Shown here piece by piece: positions 9,450-18,793 of a stretch of 64,000 nt of DNA; position 1 is the stretch's first letter; each line of letters begins with the position of its first letter. The position numbers and the translations under genes are program-made. Below the pieces are notes generated by a model. It was given only the letters and a program-made list of their open reading frames with translations. It ran no database searches and was not told the origin of the DNA. The DNA is from Chloroflexota bacterium (GTDB lineage: Bacteria > Chloroflexota > UBA11872 > VXOZ01), in contig OZ244922.1 of assembly GCA_965221905.1 (NCBI GenBank), positions 864,001-928,000 of the forward strand, written 5' to 3'.

Positions 9450-11831
9450 ATGATCGCGGGCCAAGTATCCAAATTGATCGGTTCGCGCGTGAAGCGCAAA
9501 GAAGACCCTCGCCTCATCACGGGTGAGGGTAAGTTTACCGATGACGTCATTCTGCCGGGCATGGCCTACATGGCGGTGCTGCGCAGTCCGTATGCCCACG
9601 CGCGTATCCTAAGCATCGATACAGCGCAGGCTGCCGCACACCCCGACGTGTTGGGTGTCATGACCGGTGCTGAAGTCAACGATCGCTGCAGTGAGCCTTT
9701 TCCGCTCTTTGCGATCCTGCCGGGCATGCAGTATCCGAAGCGCTGGCCGATGGCGGCGACGAAAGCGAATTACGTTGGCGAGCCGGTTGCCGCCGTGGTT
9801 GCCGGTTCGCGGGCGGCAGCGCGCGACGCGCTCGATCTCATCGAAGTAGACTACGATCCCCTCCCCGTCGTGACAGACATGGAGAAGGCGGTGGATGCAG
9901 ATGCGACCGTCATCTTCGAGGAATTGGGCTCCAACCTCTGCTACGAGGCGACCGATCAGGCGGGTGATCCGGACCGCGCCTTTGCCGAGGCCGACGGCGT
10001 GGTGGAAGCGCGCATGGAGCAGCCGCGCCTCATTCCGAATCCCATGGAGACGCGGGCAACAGTGGCGGACTATGAGCGCAGCAGCGGCAACGCTACTTTG
10101 TGGGTCACGACGCAGAACCCGCACATTGAGCGCATGGTCGCGGCCCGGATGCTGGGCATGCCGGAGAACAAGCTGCGCGTGGTCGCCATTGACGTGGGCG
10201 GCGGTTTCGGCTGCAAGATCAACACGTACTCCGAATCAATCATGGCTATCGTTCTGGCCGAGCATGTGGGCCGGCCGGTGAAGTGGGCGGAAGACCGCAC
10301 GGAGCATTTTGTCTCTACGAGCCACGGCCGAGGCCAGGCCCAATATGTGAAAGCCGCCTACAAGAAAGATGGCACTCTGCTGGGCATGAAGCTGAAGATT
10401 TACGCAGACTTAGGTGCGTACGCCCAGGTGATCTCCCACGTTATTCCGACCCTCACGCCTTCGCTGTCGCCGGGCGTCTACGGCATTCGCGACATTGGTT
10501 GGACCACGATAGGCGTCTTCACGAATAAGATACCCTACGACGCCTATCGCGGCGCGGGACGGCCGGAAGCGGCGTACATCATCGAACGGGTGATGGACTT
10601 GATCGCCGATGCGACGGGAGTAGACCCCGTAGCCGTGCGGCGAAAGAACTTCATCCCCAAGGACTCTTTCCCCTACGAGACGCCAACCGGGATGATCTAC
10701 GACTCCGGCGACTATGATGCGGCGCTGGATAAGGCGCTGGCAATCGCAGACTACGACAACCTGCGGGCGGAGCAAAAGAGCCAGCGCAAAGACGGGAGAA
10801 TCGTGGGGATCGGTGTGACCGTGACCACCGAGGTCTGCGGCTTCGGCCCCGCTGCCGCCATGGGCGGACTGGGGGGTTTCGAGAGCGCCACGGTGCGCGT
10901 TGATCCCATGGGCAAGGTCACAGTCCTTACCGGCGCGTCGCCCCACGGCCAAGGCGAGGAAACCTCCTTTGCGCAGATCGTAGCCGATGATCTTGGGGTT
11001 TCTTTCGAGGACATCGAGGTGATCCATGGCGATACAAGCATAGTCGCCAGGGGCGTCGGCACCTTCGGCAGCCGCACGCTGGTGGTGGGCGGCACGGCAA
11101 TCCTCAAGGCCAACGAACAGATCAAGGAGAAGGCCACACGCATCGCGACGGCGCTCCTGGAGGACAAGATCGGCGATACGCTCAACCCGCAACTGGTCAC
11201 GCTCGAGGACGGCATATTTGCCGTACAGGATATGCCCGACCAGTACGTTACCTGGGCCGAGGTAGGCGCCGAAGCCTACGACGGCCAGTTGTTGCCGGCA
11301 GACCTGGATCCCGGCTTGGAGGCGGTCTCCTTCTGGGAACCGCCGGGGCTGACGTTCCCCTTCAGCGCCCACATCGCGGTGGTTGAGATCGACCCGGACA
11401 CCGGCGAGGTCTCCCTGAAGCGCTACGTCTCTATTGACGACTGCGGCACGGTGATCAACCCCACACTCGTGGAAGGGCAAATCCACGGCGGCTTGGCACA
11501 GGGCATCGGACAGGCACTGCTGGAGCAGGCGGTCTGGGACGATGAAGGCCAGCTTGTTTCCGGTTCGCTCATGGACTACGCCATGCCGTTTGCAGAGGAA
11601 TTCCCCATGTTCGAGCTAGACCGGACGGTGACGCCAAGTCCGGTCAACCCCCTGGGCGCGAAGGGCATCGGCGAGATGGCGACCATCTCCGCCACGCCAA
11701 CGGTCGTCAATGCGGTCGTGGACGCGCTTTCGCCCCTCGGCGTGACACACGTGGACATTCCCATGACGGGGGAGCGCATTTGGCGGGTACTGCAGAAACA
11801 TGGCCGTAGCGGGAGAGGAGGCCGCTCATGA
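9450..11831 (+). CDS. coxL: Molybdopterin-binding large subunit, form II CoxL-like
   Basis: RKEDPRLITG, GGGFGCK, active-site AYRGAGRPEA (form II type), GQIHGGLAQGIG and GAKGIGE. Confidence 0.92.
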   Translation: MIAGQVSKLIGSRVKRKEDPRLITGEGKFTDDVILPGMAYMAVLRSPYAHARILSIDTAQAAAHPDVLGVMTGAEVNDRCSEPFPLFAILPGMQYPKRWPMAATKANYVGEPVAAVVAGSRAAARDALDLIEVDYDPLPVVTDMEKAVDADATVIFEELGSNLCYEATDQAGDPDRAFAEADGVVEARMEQPRLIPNPMETRATVADYERSSGNATLWVTTQNPHIERMVAARMLGMPENKLRVVAIDVGGGFGCKINTYSESIMAIVLAEHVGRPVKWAEDRTEHFVSTSHGRGQAQYVKAAYKKDGTLLGMKLKIYADLGAYAQVISHVIPTLTPSLSPGVYGIRDIGWTTIGVFTNKIPYDAYRGAGRPEAAYIIERVMDLIADATGVDPVAVRRKNFIPKDSFPYETPTGMIYDSGDYDAALDKALAIADYDNLRAEQKSQRKDGRIVGIGVTVTTEVCGFGPAAAMGGLGGFESATVRVDPMGKVTVLTGASPHGQGEETSFAQIVADDLGVSFEDIEVIHGDTSIVARGVGTFGSRTLVVGGTAILKANEQIKEKATRIATALLEDKIGDTLNPQLVTLEDGIFAVQDMPDQYVTWAEVGAEAYDGQLLPADLDPGLEAVSFWEPPGLTFPFSAHIAVVEIDPDTGEVSLKRYVSIDDCGTVINPTLVEGQIHGGLAQGIGQALLEQAVWDDEGQLVSGSLMDYAMPFAEEFPMFELDRTVTPSPVNPLGAKGIGEMATISATPTVVNAVVDALSPLGVTHVDIPMTGERIWRVLQKHGRSGRGGRS

Positions 11832-12700
11832 TCCCGCAAGCGTTTGATTACTATGCGCCGACGTCGGTTGCCGACGCCCTGCGGTTGCTCAGGCAACATG
11901 GGGACGACGCGAAATTGCTGGCAGGCGGCCACAGCTTGCTACCCATCATGAAGCTCCGGCTTTCCACGCCGCAATGCTTGATCGACCTGGGCAGAATTCC
12001 GGAACTGCGTTTCATTCGCGAGGAAGACGACGGCGGACTGACCATCGGTGCGATGACGACCTATCACGACCTGATGCACTCGGCGGCAGTTAAGGCGCGG
12101 GTGCCTGCGCTCGCCGAGGCCGCGGGTGAGGTGGGTGACGTGCAAGTGCAGAACAAGGGCACCATCGGCGGCAGCTTGGCCCACGCCGATCCGGCTGGCG
12201 ACTTGCCCGCTGTGGCGCTGGCGTTGGGTGTCGAGCTTGTCACCGCCACGCCGCGCAGCAGCCGCACCTTGGCCATCGACCGCTTCTTCCGCGATCTGCT
12301 GACCACGGCGCTGCGGCCCACCGAGATTCTGACCGAAATTCGCGTGCCGGCCCTCCCGGCCCGCACCGGCGTTGCATACAAGAAGCTGCCGAATAAGGCC
12401 TCTCACTACGCCGTGGTGGGCGTGGCGGCGGTGATTTCGCTAGATGACGACGGTGTCTGCACAGAGGCGCGCGTGGGCGTGACCGGAGCCGGCCCAACCG
12501 CGGTTCGGGCGCGCAATACGGAGCGCATCCTCAAGGGCAAGCACATCGACGCGGCGGTCGTTAGCCGGGCCGCCAAACGCGCCGCCGCGAACATCGAGGA
12601 CATCAACGACGACCTCCACGCTTCGGCGGAATACCGAGAACATTTGACGACTGTGTTTGCTGCAAGGGCCATTGAGGAGGCGGTGTCGCGAGCTGGGTAA
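11828..12700 (+). CDS. coxM: FAD-binding medium subunit
   Basis: AKLLAGGHSLLPIMKLRL and QNKGTIGGSLAHADPAGD; overlaps the coxL stop (ATGA). Confidence 0.95.
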   Translation: MIPQAFDYYAPTSVADALRLLRQHGDDAKLLAGGHSLLPIMKLRLSTPQCLIDLGRIPELRFIREEDDGGLTIGAMTTYHDLMHSAAVKARVPALAEAAGEVGDVQVQNKGTIGGSLAHADPAGDLPAVALALGVELVTATPRSSRTLAIDRFFRDLLTTALRPTEILTEIRVPALPARTGVAYKKLPNKASHYAVVGVAAVISLDDDGVCTEARVGVTGAGPTAVRARNTERILKGKHIDAAVVSRAAKRAAANIEDINDDLHASAEYREHLTTVFAARAIEEAVSRAG

Positions 12701-12792
12701 AGGCAACTGAAGTGAGCGTTGCGGTACCCGGAAGGCGGATCGCGTTGTAGGTAGTGTGACAGACAGCCTGACCAGCGCGTTATGACGGAAGT

Positions 12793-12820
12793 GTAGGGGC
12801 ACGACATGTCGTGCCCCTAC
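12793..12820. repeat. GTAG-type REP palindrome; may double as the cox operon terminator
   Basis: Perfect 28-bp palindrome GTAGGGGCACGACATGTCGTGCCCCTAC followed by GTTTTTT. Confidence 0.85.
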
Positions 12821-12967
12821 GTTTTTTGCCAAGCCTATAAGTTCGCCTCTGTTTGCATTGAGGCCAAAATCCAGGCAAGTAGCTATTCTAGATTCCAGCT
12901 TGAGCCGGCATGGGCGTTTTACTGGCGGGAACTGCACGGCGTGTGACGTTGAACCCTGGACGCAGAA

Positions 12968-13372
12968 ATGCGGATGGACGCGCGGACGATTAGGCATCTT
13001 ATGGAGGACGCATCGACGAACAGGATGTTCTGGATGGATACACATGACATCATGGCGCTGATAGGCCGCGCCCCCTGGCGTGAGGCGGTCACCTACAGGG
13101 ATACGTGGCCACACGAGTACGTCGTCATCAAGAAGGACGGCCAAGAGGAGTTGCTGGCCGCGTTCTGTGAGCGCATCGCGCGAGGCGAGGGCGTGGAGTG
13201 CGCGTTTTTCGGCCAGAGAAGGAAGTACCTCTTTCTGGGGGAGCACAAGTACTGGACCATGACGGACTGCCCCGATATAGACTTAGAGACAGAGGATTAT
13301 GTGCTGAACAGGGCCCTCTTGTACCGAGACCGCCGGGACTTCGTGATTGAACCTGGCGATACAGGGACGTGA
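12968..13372 (+). CDS. Hypothetical protein (WPHEYVV...KYWTM); start may be near 13034
   Basis: Coding-like ORF 12 nt upstream of the DUF4268 gene; no recognised family. Confidence 0.65.
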   Translation: MRMDARTIRHLMEDASTNRMFWMDTHDIMALIGRAPWREAVTYRDTWPHEYVVIKKDGQEELLAAFCERIARGEGVECAFFGQRRKYLFLGEHKYWTMTDCPDIDLETEDYVLNRALLYRDRRDFVIEPGDTGT

Positions 13373-13384
13373 AAGGAACGCACA

Positions 13385-14347
13385 ATGGATGCCTGTGAAG
13401 ATGAGTTTGAGCAGTTGGATGTCCACACCATGTGGCAGCATGAGGCGCACGACTTCACCCCGTGGCTCGCCGAGAATCTCCACATGCTGGGCGATGCGAT
13501 CGGATTGAAACTGGAATTTGTCCAGAGGGAGGTGCTGGTGGGACCGTACTTCCTGGACATCAAGGCGAAAGCGGCCGACGGCGGCGCGATAGTAGCCATT
13601 GAGAACCAATTGGAAGTGACCGACCTGCACCATCTCGGGCAACTGCTCACCTACGCCACCGGATGCGGGGCGCAGACCGCGGTATGGGTCGCGCCGGCAT
13701 TCGGCTACGAGCACGCGCAGGCCCTGCACCGGCTCAACGAATGGACGAAAGACAGCATCCGGTTCTACGGCGTCAAGGTCGAGGTCATCAAGCAGGCTGG
13801 TGGCGACCCTTCGCCTAGGTTTCGCAAGGTCGTGTGGCCCGGCGGCTGGTGCAAAGAGGCCACTCTCCAACCAGGAGAGATGGACCCGGAGCAACTGCGG
13901 TACCATGAGTTTTTCCGGCCACTGATCGCAAGACTGCTTAGAGATGGCTTTGCCGATAAGGCGGTCCAGCGCTTTTACTACGCCGACCGGATATTTCCCT
14001 CCCGCCTCAACCCGGGCATCGGGTACGCGGCGGAATTACACAGAGGCAGCGCCTGGGTGATACTGAGTATCCGAATGGAAGAAAAGGAGTGTACCAAGCG
14101 CATCTTCGACTTGTTGAAGGCCGACCGGGCGGAGATTGAACGGAGCGTCGACGCCGGTCCCGCTCTGGACTGGCATTGGCTCAGGCATGACAATTTCAGT
14201 TTCTCCTCCATATGCATCAGGAGAGATGGATCCATAAACTATCCTCCTGAGAAGCTGGAAGAGACCAGGGCATGGATGATTGATCTCCTTCCCAAGCTTA
14301 AGGAAGTCTTTGATCAGCGTCTCGCACACGTATTGGATTCCCGGTAA
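13385..14347 (+). CDS. DUF4268-domain protein with N-terminal PD-(D/E)XK/NucS-like nuclease region
   Basis: WQHEAHDFTPWL, LDI...IENQL..TDLHHLGQLLTYA; C-terminal FDLLKADRAEIE...LDW...WMIDLL pattern. Confidence 0.8.
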   Translation: MDACEDEFEQLDVHTMWQHEAHDFTPWLAENLHMLGDAIGLKLEFVQREVLVGPYFLDIKAKAADGGAIVAIENQLEVTDLHHLGQLLTYATGCGAQTAVWVAPAFGYEHAQALHRLNEWTKDSIRFYGVKVEVIKQAGGDPSPRFRKVVWPGGWCKEATLQPGEMDPEQLRYHEFFRPLIARLLRDGFADKAVQRFYYADRIFPSRLNPGIGYAAELHRGSAWVILSIRMEEKECTKRIFDLLKADRAEIERSVDAGPALDWHWLRHDNFSFSSICIRRDGSINYPPEKLEETRAWMIDLLPKLKEVFDQRLAHVLDSR

Positions 14348-14684
14348 CCGCTATCCGGAGCAACCCCGTGGCCGCAAGCTTGTGTGAAGATTGGTTGCGC
14401 TACGTGCGAACAAGTAGGATTCGTCAGAGTGAACGAGAGGCATCTAGCCCTTGAAGGCGACCAGTAAATGGACCATTAGACCAGGTCCCGCTCTGAAGAG
14501 TCCTGTCCCGTTGAAGTCGTGGCAATCAGTGTGGGAAATTCTTGACGGATTGCCGCTATTTCATAGCTGGGTACGAATCCTCCCATCTCCATCAGGGAGA
14601 CTCGAACGGAACCCCATCGGTTGAAATCGCCTTCAACCCACAAAATACGGTGTCCGCGGCCTCTAGGAAGGGCAATATTAAGAA

Positions 14685-15413
14685 ATGCCGCCACAGCCTG
14701 TGCTGGTTTCGTGGTCGTCGGGGAAGGACTCGGCCTGGGCGTTGCACGTGCTGCGGCAGCAGCCGGAGCGGTACGACGTGCGGGGCATATTCACGACCGT
14801 AACGCCGTATTTCGATCGCGTGGCGATACAGGCGACGCCGTTGTGGGTGCTCCGTGTGCAGGCGGAGCGATTGGGTCTGCCGTTGTACGAAATTCCCATT
14901 CCCTATCCCTGTTCCAATGAAGAATACGAAGCGGCAATGGCGCAGTTTCTCGCTCAGGTACTCGCTCTTCCAGCCGATCTAACGGCCAACACCTTCGCTT
15001 TTGGCGATCTCTTTTTGGAGGACATTCGCGCGTACCGGGAGTCGAAACTCGCGGGCACGGGGTTTGACGCCATCTTCCCGGTCTGGGGCATGCCCACAGC
15101 GGAATTGGCACAGACGATGCTGCACGCTGGGCTCAAGGCGATAGTCACGGCGGTGAGTCCGTCTTCGCAGTTCGACCGCAGCTTTGCCGGCCGTTGGTTC
15201 GATCAGTCGCTCCTGGTAGACCTTCCCAATGGCACCGATCCGCTTAGCGAGAACGGGGAGTTCCACACCTGCGTCGTGGCCGGTCCCATGCTCAGCCGAC
15301 CGATACGTGCCCAGCCCGGCGAGATCGTCGGCAGGCCGGTCAGCCGCAACCACGACGGCGCCGGCGGCATGGTAACCGCATGGTATGCGGACGTTGTGCT
15401 GCAAGAGGACTAG
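14685..15413 (+). CDS. PP-loop ATP-binding protein, diphthine-ammonia ligase/DUF71 (MJ0570)-like
   Basis: SWSSGKDSAWAL, FGDLFLEDIRAYRE and DPLSENGEFHTCV. Confidence 0.9.
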   Translation: MPPQPVLVSWSSGKDSAWALHVLRQQPERYDVRGIFTTVTPYFDRVAIQATPLWVLRVQAERLGLPLYEIPIPYPCSNEEYEAAMAQFLAQVLALPADLTANTFAFGDLFLEDIRAYRESKLAGTGFDAIFPVWGMPTAELAQTMLHAGLKAIVTAVSPSSQFDRSFAGRWFDQSLLVDLPNGTDPLSENGEFHTCVVAGPMLSRPIRAQPGEIVGRPVSRNHDGAGGMVTAWYADVVLQED

Positions 15414-15487
15414 GGCGCAGTCCCTACAAGCGGCTTGAGATTTACAGTCCCACATCTACTGTCTTCGCCATTCACCTTGCTTGACAC

Positions 15488-15515
15488 GTAGGGGCACGAC
15501 ATGTCGTGCCCCTAC
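15488..15515. repeat. GTAG-type REP palindrome identical to 12793-12820
   Basis: GTAGGGGCACGACATGTCGTGCCCCTAC between convergent genes. Confidence 0.85.
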
Positions 15516-15545
15516 CTCATTGGCGCCGTGGATCGGATATCCCAA

Positions 15546-16376
15546 TTAAGCAGGATCCAATGGCAGTTCCAGAAACTCAGCGAATGTCTGCAGGTAGCGT
15601 TCGCCGCCGAAGTGATAGACGTCGTCGTGATTTGCGCCGCGCACGATATAGAGCTGCTTTGGCTCATTGGCCGCTGCGTAAAGGGTATCCGCGTGTTTCA
15701 CCGGGACTTGCTCATCGCGGTCACCGTGAATGATGAGCACGGGCGCATGGATCGCGGCGAGGTGCTGGCGGTTGCTGTAGCGTGTATAGAGAAAAGGGCG
15801 CAGCGGCAGGAACGGGAACTGCACCCGCGCCATGTCCGGCGTGGACGTGAACGTGGATTCCAGAATTAGCCGGTAGGGTGGATTCTGGGTGGCAAGCTGG
15901 GACGCCACCGCCCCGCCCAGCGACTTGCCGTAGTACACGATGCCTTCGGGATTGACGTCGTCGCGACTCCGCAGATACATGAGCGCATCCTGGGCGTCTT
16001 GGTAGAGTCCGGGCTCCGAGGGTCTGCCCGCACTGCGCCCATACCCGCGGTAATCGAAGATAAAGAAACTGACGCCCAGCCGGACGTGCAGCCGCTTGAT
16101 GTATTCCACCCGTCCGGGGTGGGAAAGGTTGCTGCCGTTGCCGTGAAACCAGAGGATGGTTGTGTCGGTACGGCCGGGAACGAACCACCCGTGCAACCGC
16201 TCCCCCTCGCCGAACCAGACTTCCTCGTAGGCAAGTCCGAATTCTGCAGGCGTACTGTACGTCTCGTGGTCGGGAAAGTATATGAAGGTATCTTCCAGCC
16301 GCAGGACGCGCGCGAGAAGGACGAGTCCGGTCAGTACGAGTACGGCAATGACAATGCTTTCAACCATTTTCCGCAT
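15546..16376 (-). CDS. Membrane-anchored alpha/beta hydrolase (ABHD13/BEM46-like)
   Basis: N-terminal TM helix, FHGNGSN, DYRGYG, GKSLGG nucleophile elbow, HGDRDEQV and GANH. Confidence 0.9.
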   Translation of the reverse strand: MRKMVESIVIAVLVLTGLVLLARVLRLEDTFIYFPDHETYSTPAEFGLAYEEVWFGEGERLHGWFVPGRTDTTILWFHGNGSNLSHPGRVEYIKRLHVRLGVSFFIFDYRGYGRSAGRPSEPGLYQDAQDALMYLRSRDDVNPEGIVYYGKSLGGAVASQLATQNPPYRLILESTFTSTPDMARVQFPFLPLRPFLYTRYSNRQHLAAIHAPVLIIHGDRDEQVPVKHADTLYAAANEPKQLYIVRGANHDDVYHFGGERYLQTFAEFLELPLDPA

Positions 16377-16533
16377 GATTCTATCGGCGTCTTGCACGGA
16401 TTGGCATTTGATTTCAAACCCATCATACTAAAGGAGGAAACAGTTCGTTTTCTTGGAGTTCGTATAACTGCGTGTGCGGATTCTAGTCTCATTTCTAGAT
16501 CCAAGACTATGGAGAGCTAAAGGTAGCGGGACG

Positions 16534-17229
16534 ATGGTGCCTAATTTGGAGACAGTTTCCAATGATTGGCGGACCCTACCGGCCTACACAGTGAGTGAGG
16601 CCGCAAAGCTGGCGGGTACGACAGCGCCAACTGTTCGACGGTGGTTCTGGGGTAACGAAATCGCGCCCGTGTTTGGTGAACAGTCGCGTCCTGCAGAGCA
16701 ACCCGTTGCTATTTCTTTCCTTATGCTGGCCGAGATTGTAGTGGCGGTGCAGTTTCGCCGCAGTAACGTAAAGCTGGATACCATCCGACAGGCACACCAG
16801 TTTGCGCGTGAACACTTTGAGGTCGCGTATCCTTTTGCTTTCAAAGACTTCGAGGTGCTTGGCGGCCATGTCATGCATGAATTCGCGTTAGAGAGCGGCG
16901 AAGCGGCCCTATATCGCGCGGTTGATACGGCGGGTAGGCAAGCGGCATTGCCTATGGGGGTAATAAAGCGAATACGACAATTGGAGTTCGTTGCAGAGCA
17001 GGATTTTGCCGCGCGGTGGTTTCTGCTCGGTCGTGACATACCTGTAGTAGTGGATCCACGCTTCGCCGCTGGTCGCCCCTCCGTAGCGGGCAGTGGTATC
17101 CGGGCCGAAACTATCCTCGCGAGATTCTTCAGAGGTGGCGAGAGTATTGATGCGCTTGCTGAGGATTTCGAACTCAACTCCAATGTGATCGAGTACATCA
17201 TTCGCAACAAGCAGGCGCTTGCGGCGTGA
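16534..17229 (+). CDS. HTH + DUF433 antitoxin (VapB45-like)
   Basis: PAYTVSEAAKLAG..TVRRW wHTH and C-terminal VVDPRFAAGRPSV..SGIRAETI...GESIDALAEDF. Confidence 0.85.
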   Translation: MVPNLETVSNDWRTLPAYTVSEAAKLAGTTAPTVRRWFWGNEIAPVFGEQSRPAEQPVAISFLMLAEIVVAVQFRRSNVKLDTIRQAHQFAREHFEVAYPFAFKDFEVLGGHVMHEFALESGEAALYRAVDTAGRQAALPMGVIKRIRQLEFVAEQDFAARWFLLGRDIPVVVDPRFAAGRPSVAGSGIRAETILARFFRGGESIDALAEDFELNSNVIEYIIRNKQALAA

Positions 17230-17621
17230 TCCTCTTCTTCGATGAGGACATGGGTACAGCTATCCCTAAGTTCCTCAGGGGCGCTGACGAGGATGTGGAA
17301 GTACTGTGGCTACGTGCGCGCTTTCCCAATGAGAACGACCCACGCCGCCAGGACATTGGATGGCTTGAGGAAGCCGGGCGAGAAGGCTGGCTGGTCGTCT
17401 CATGTAACAAGAGCATGCTCAAAGTGGAATATGAACGGCAGGCGGTAGTACAGCACGGCGTAGGGGTCGTGTTCTTGGCGAGCGGCCAAATCGGGCGGCT
17501 CCCTATGATGAGTGCCATACTGCGGAAATGGGATTGGCTCAAGTCGCTATACTTGACCGCACCACGCCCATTCGTCCATTACCTTTACGCAAGCGGAAGA
17601 ACCAGGCCCGCTAAAATCTAG
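17226..17621 (+). CDS. PIN-like toxin (VapC45/DUF5615-like)
   Basis: LFFDEDMG and DIGWLEEAGREGWLVVS; GTGA overlap with the antitoxin. Confidence 0.8.
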   Translation: MILFFDEDMGTAIPKFLRGADEDVEVLWLRARFPNENDPRRQDIGWLEEAGREGWLVVSCNKSMLKVEYERQAVVQHGVGVVFLASGQIGRLPMMSAILRKWDWLKSLYLTAPRPFVHYLYASGRTRPAKI

Positions 17622-17678
17622 CACGGCTTGGTTCTTCTCACGCGAATTCGTCGCGGTGCAAACGCTCGTAGTGTCGCC

Positions 17679-18572
17679 TTACCCCCGGTCGGGGATGTGG
17701 CAGTTGGCGTACCAGATCGAGTCTTCCGGCGGCGGCTCCGGGGCCTGCTGCATCGACTTGAAGTTCTTGAGTGCCGGACGCACCTCGTCTTCCCAAATGT
17801 CCTCGACATCCGCGAATGTCAGCGGCGCTCGGGTCGGCTGCAGCCGGTCGTATTCCGCCAGGAGTTCTTTGGCGCTTTCGCCAAGGCCGGCCACAATGTC
17901 GGCATTCATGCGTTCGCCTGCCCGGCGATCGGATTCGTACGCGTCGTCACCCATGGCAAAGTGCGGCCCGGGGGTGCCGGCCGGCGGGATGCGGGAGAGG
18001 TCCACGCCGTCGGGTGTTACTGCCCACAGGAGCGACGTTTCGCCGCGGCCGGCGTGTCCGCCAATGCCCTCATCGTCCTCGAAACGCGACTCTTCCGTGC
18101 CCATCCCAATCGGCATGTGACAGTGCAATCGGGTGGCGACGTGCCGCTGCATGATCTCCAAGAACACCGGGATGTCCGGGCTGTGGGGACCGGCGTGGCC
18201 CGAAAAAATGACGGCCCCGTGAAACCCGAGGACGTCCACGGCGCGGATATGGTAGCTCATGTTCTTGAAGAACATCCACGGCGGCACTGACGTCAGCCAC
18301 GTCCGCGCATTGCCTATGGTGCGATGCCCCCATACAGCGGAGGTCCCGGCTTCGTGACAGTGCCAGTACGTGGTCGGCATCACAATGCCGCCGTATTGCT
18401 CCGCCGCTTGGCGCATATGGCCCTCGGGCCGCAACGCGTCACACCCCAGCACGTTCTGCGGCCCATGCGGCTCGCACAACCCATAGGGCATATAGACAAT
18501 CGGAAACTCCGCAACCGCCGCCTCCAACTCATCCGGGAACATTAGCTCCCAACGTACTTCTCGCCGTTGCAT
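17679..18572 (-). CDS. Creatininase family amidohydrolase
   Basis: GLCEPHGPQNVLGCD, SGH and GHAGRGETS; RBS AAGGAG. Confidence 0.88.
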   Translation of the reverse strand: MQRREVRWELMFPDELEAAVAEFPIVYMPYGLCEPHGPQNVLGCDALRPEGHMRQAAEQYGGIVMPTTYWHCHEAGTSAVWGHRTIGNARTWLTSVPPWMFFKNMSYHIRAVDVLGFHGAVIFSGHAGPHSPDIPVFLEIMQRHVATRLHCHMPIGMGTEESRFEDDEGIGGHAGRGETSLLWAVTPDGVDLSRIPPAGTPGPHFAMGDDAYESDRRAGERMNADIVAGLGESAKELLAEYDRLQPTRAPLTFADVEDIWEDEVRPALKNFKSMQQAPEPPPEDSIWYANCHIPDRG

Positions 18573-18793
18573 AGTTCAGTACTCCTTTATGATGTGTCAA
18601 GGCTGACTGTAGACAATTCTACCTTCGAATTGGTTGTTTTACTTTGACCGCCAATACAATTAGAGACAGTCTGCTGTCCATTGGGCAGGGCCTAACCTGT
18701 AAAGCCGTGGCTTTCACTTGCCTCTGTCTAAATCGTCCTCTGTCCTCGCCTTGCCGAATTCCATTTCCTGTAAGCCTTGGGCCGAACGCGGCG

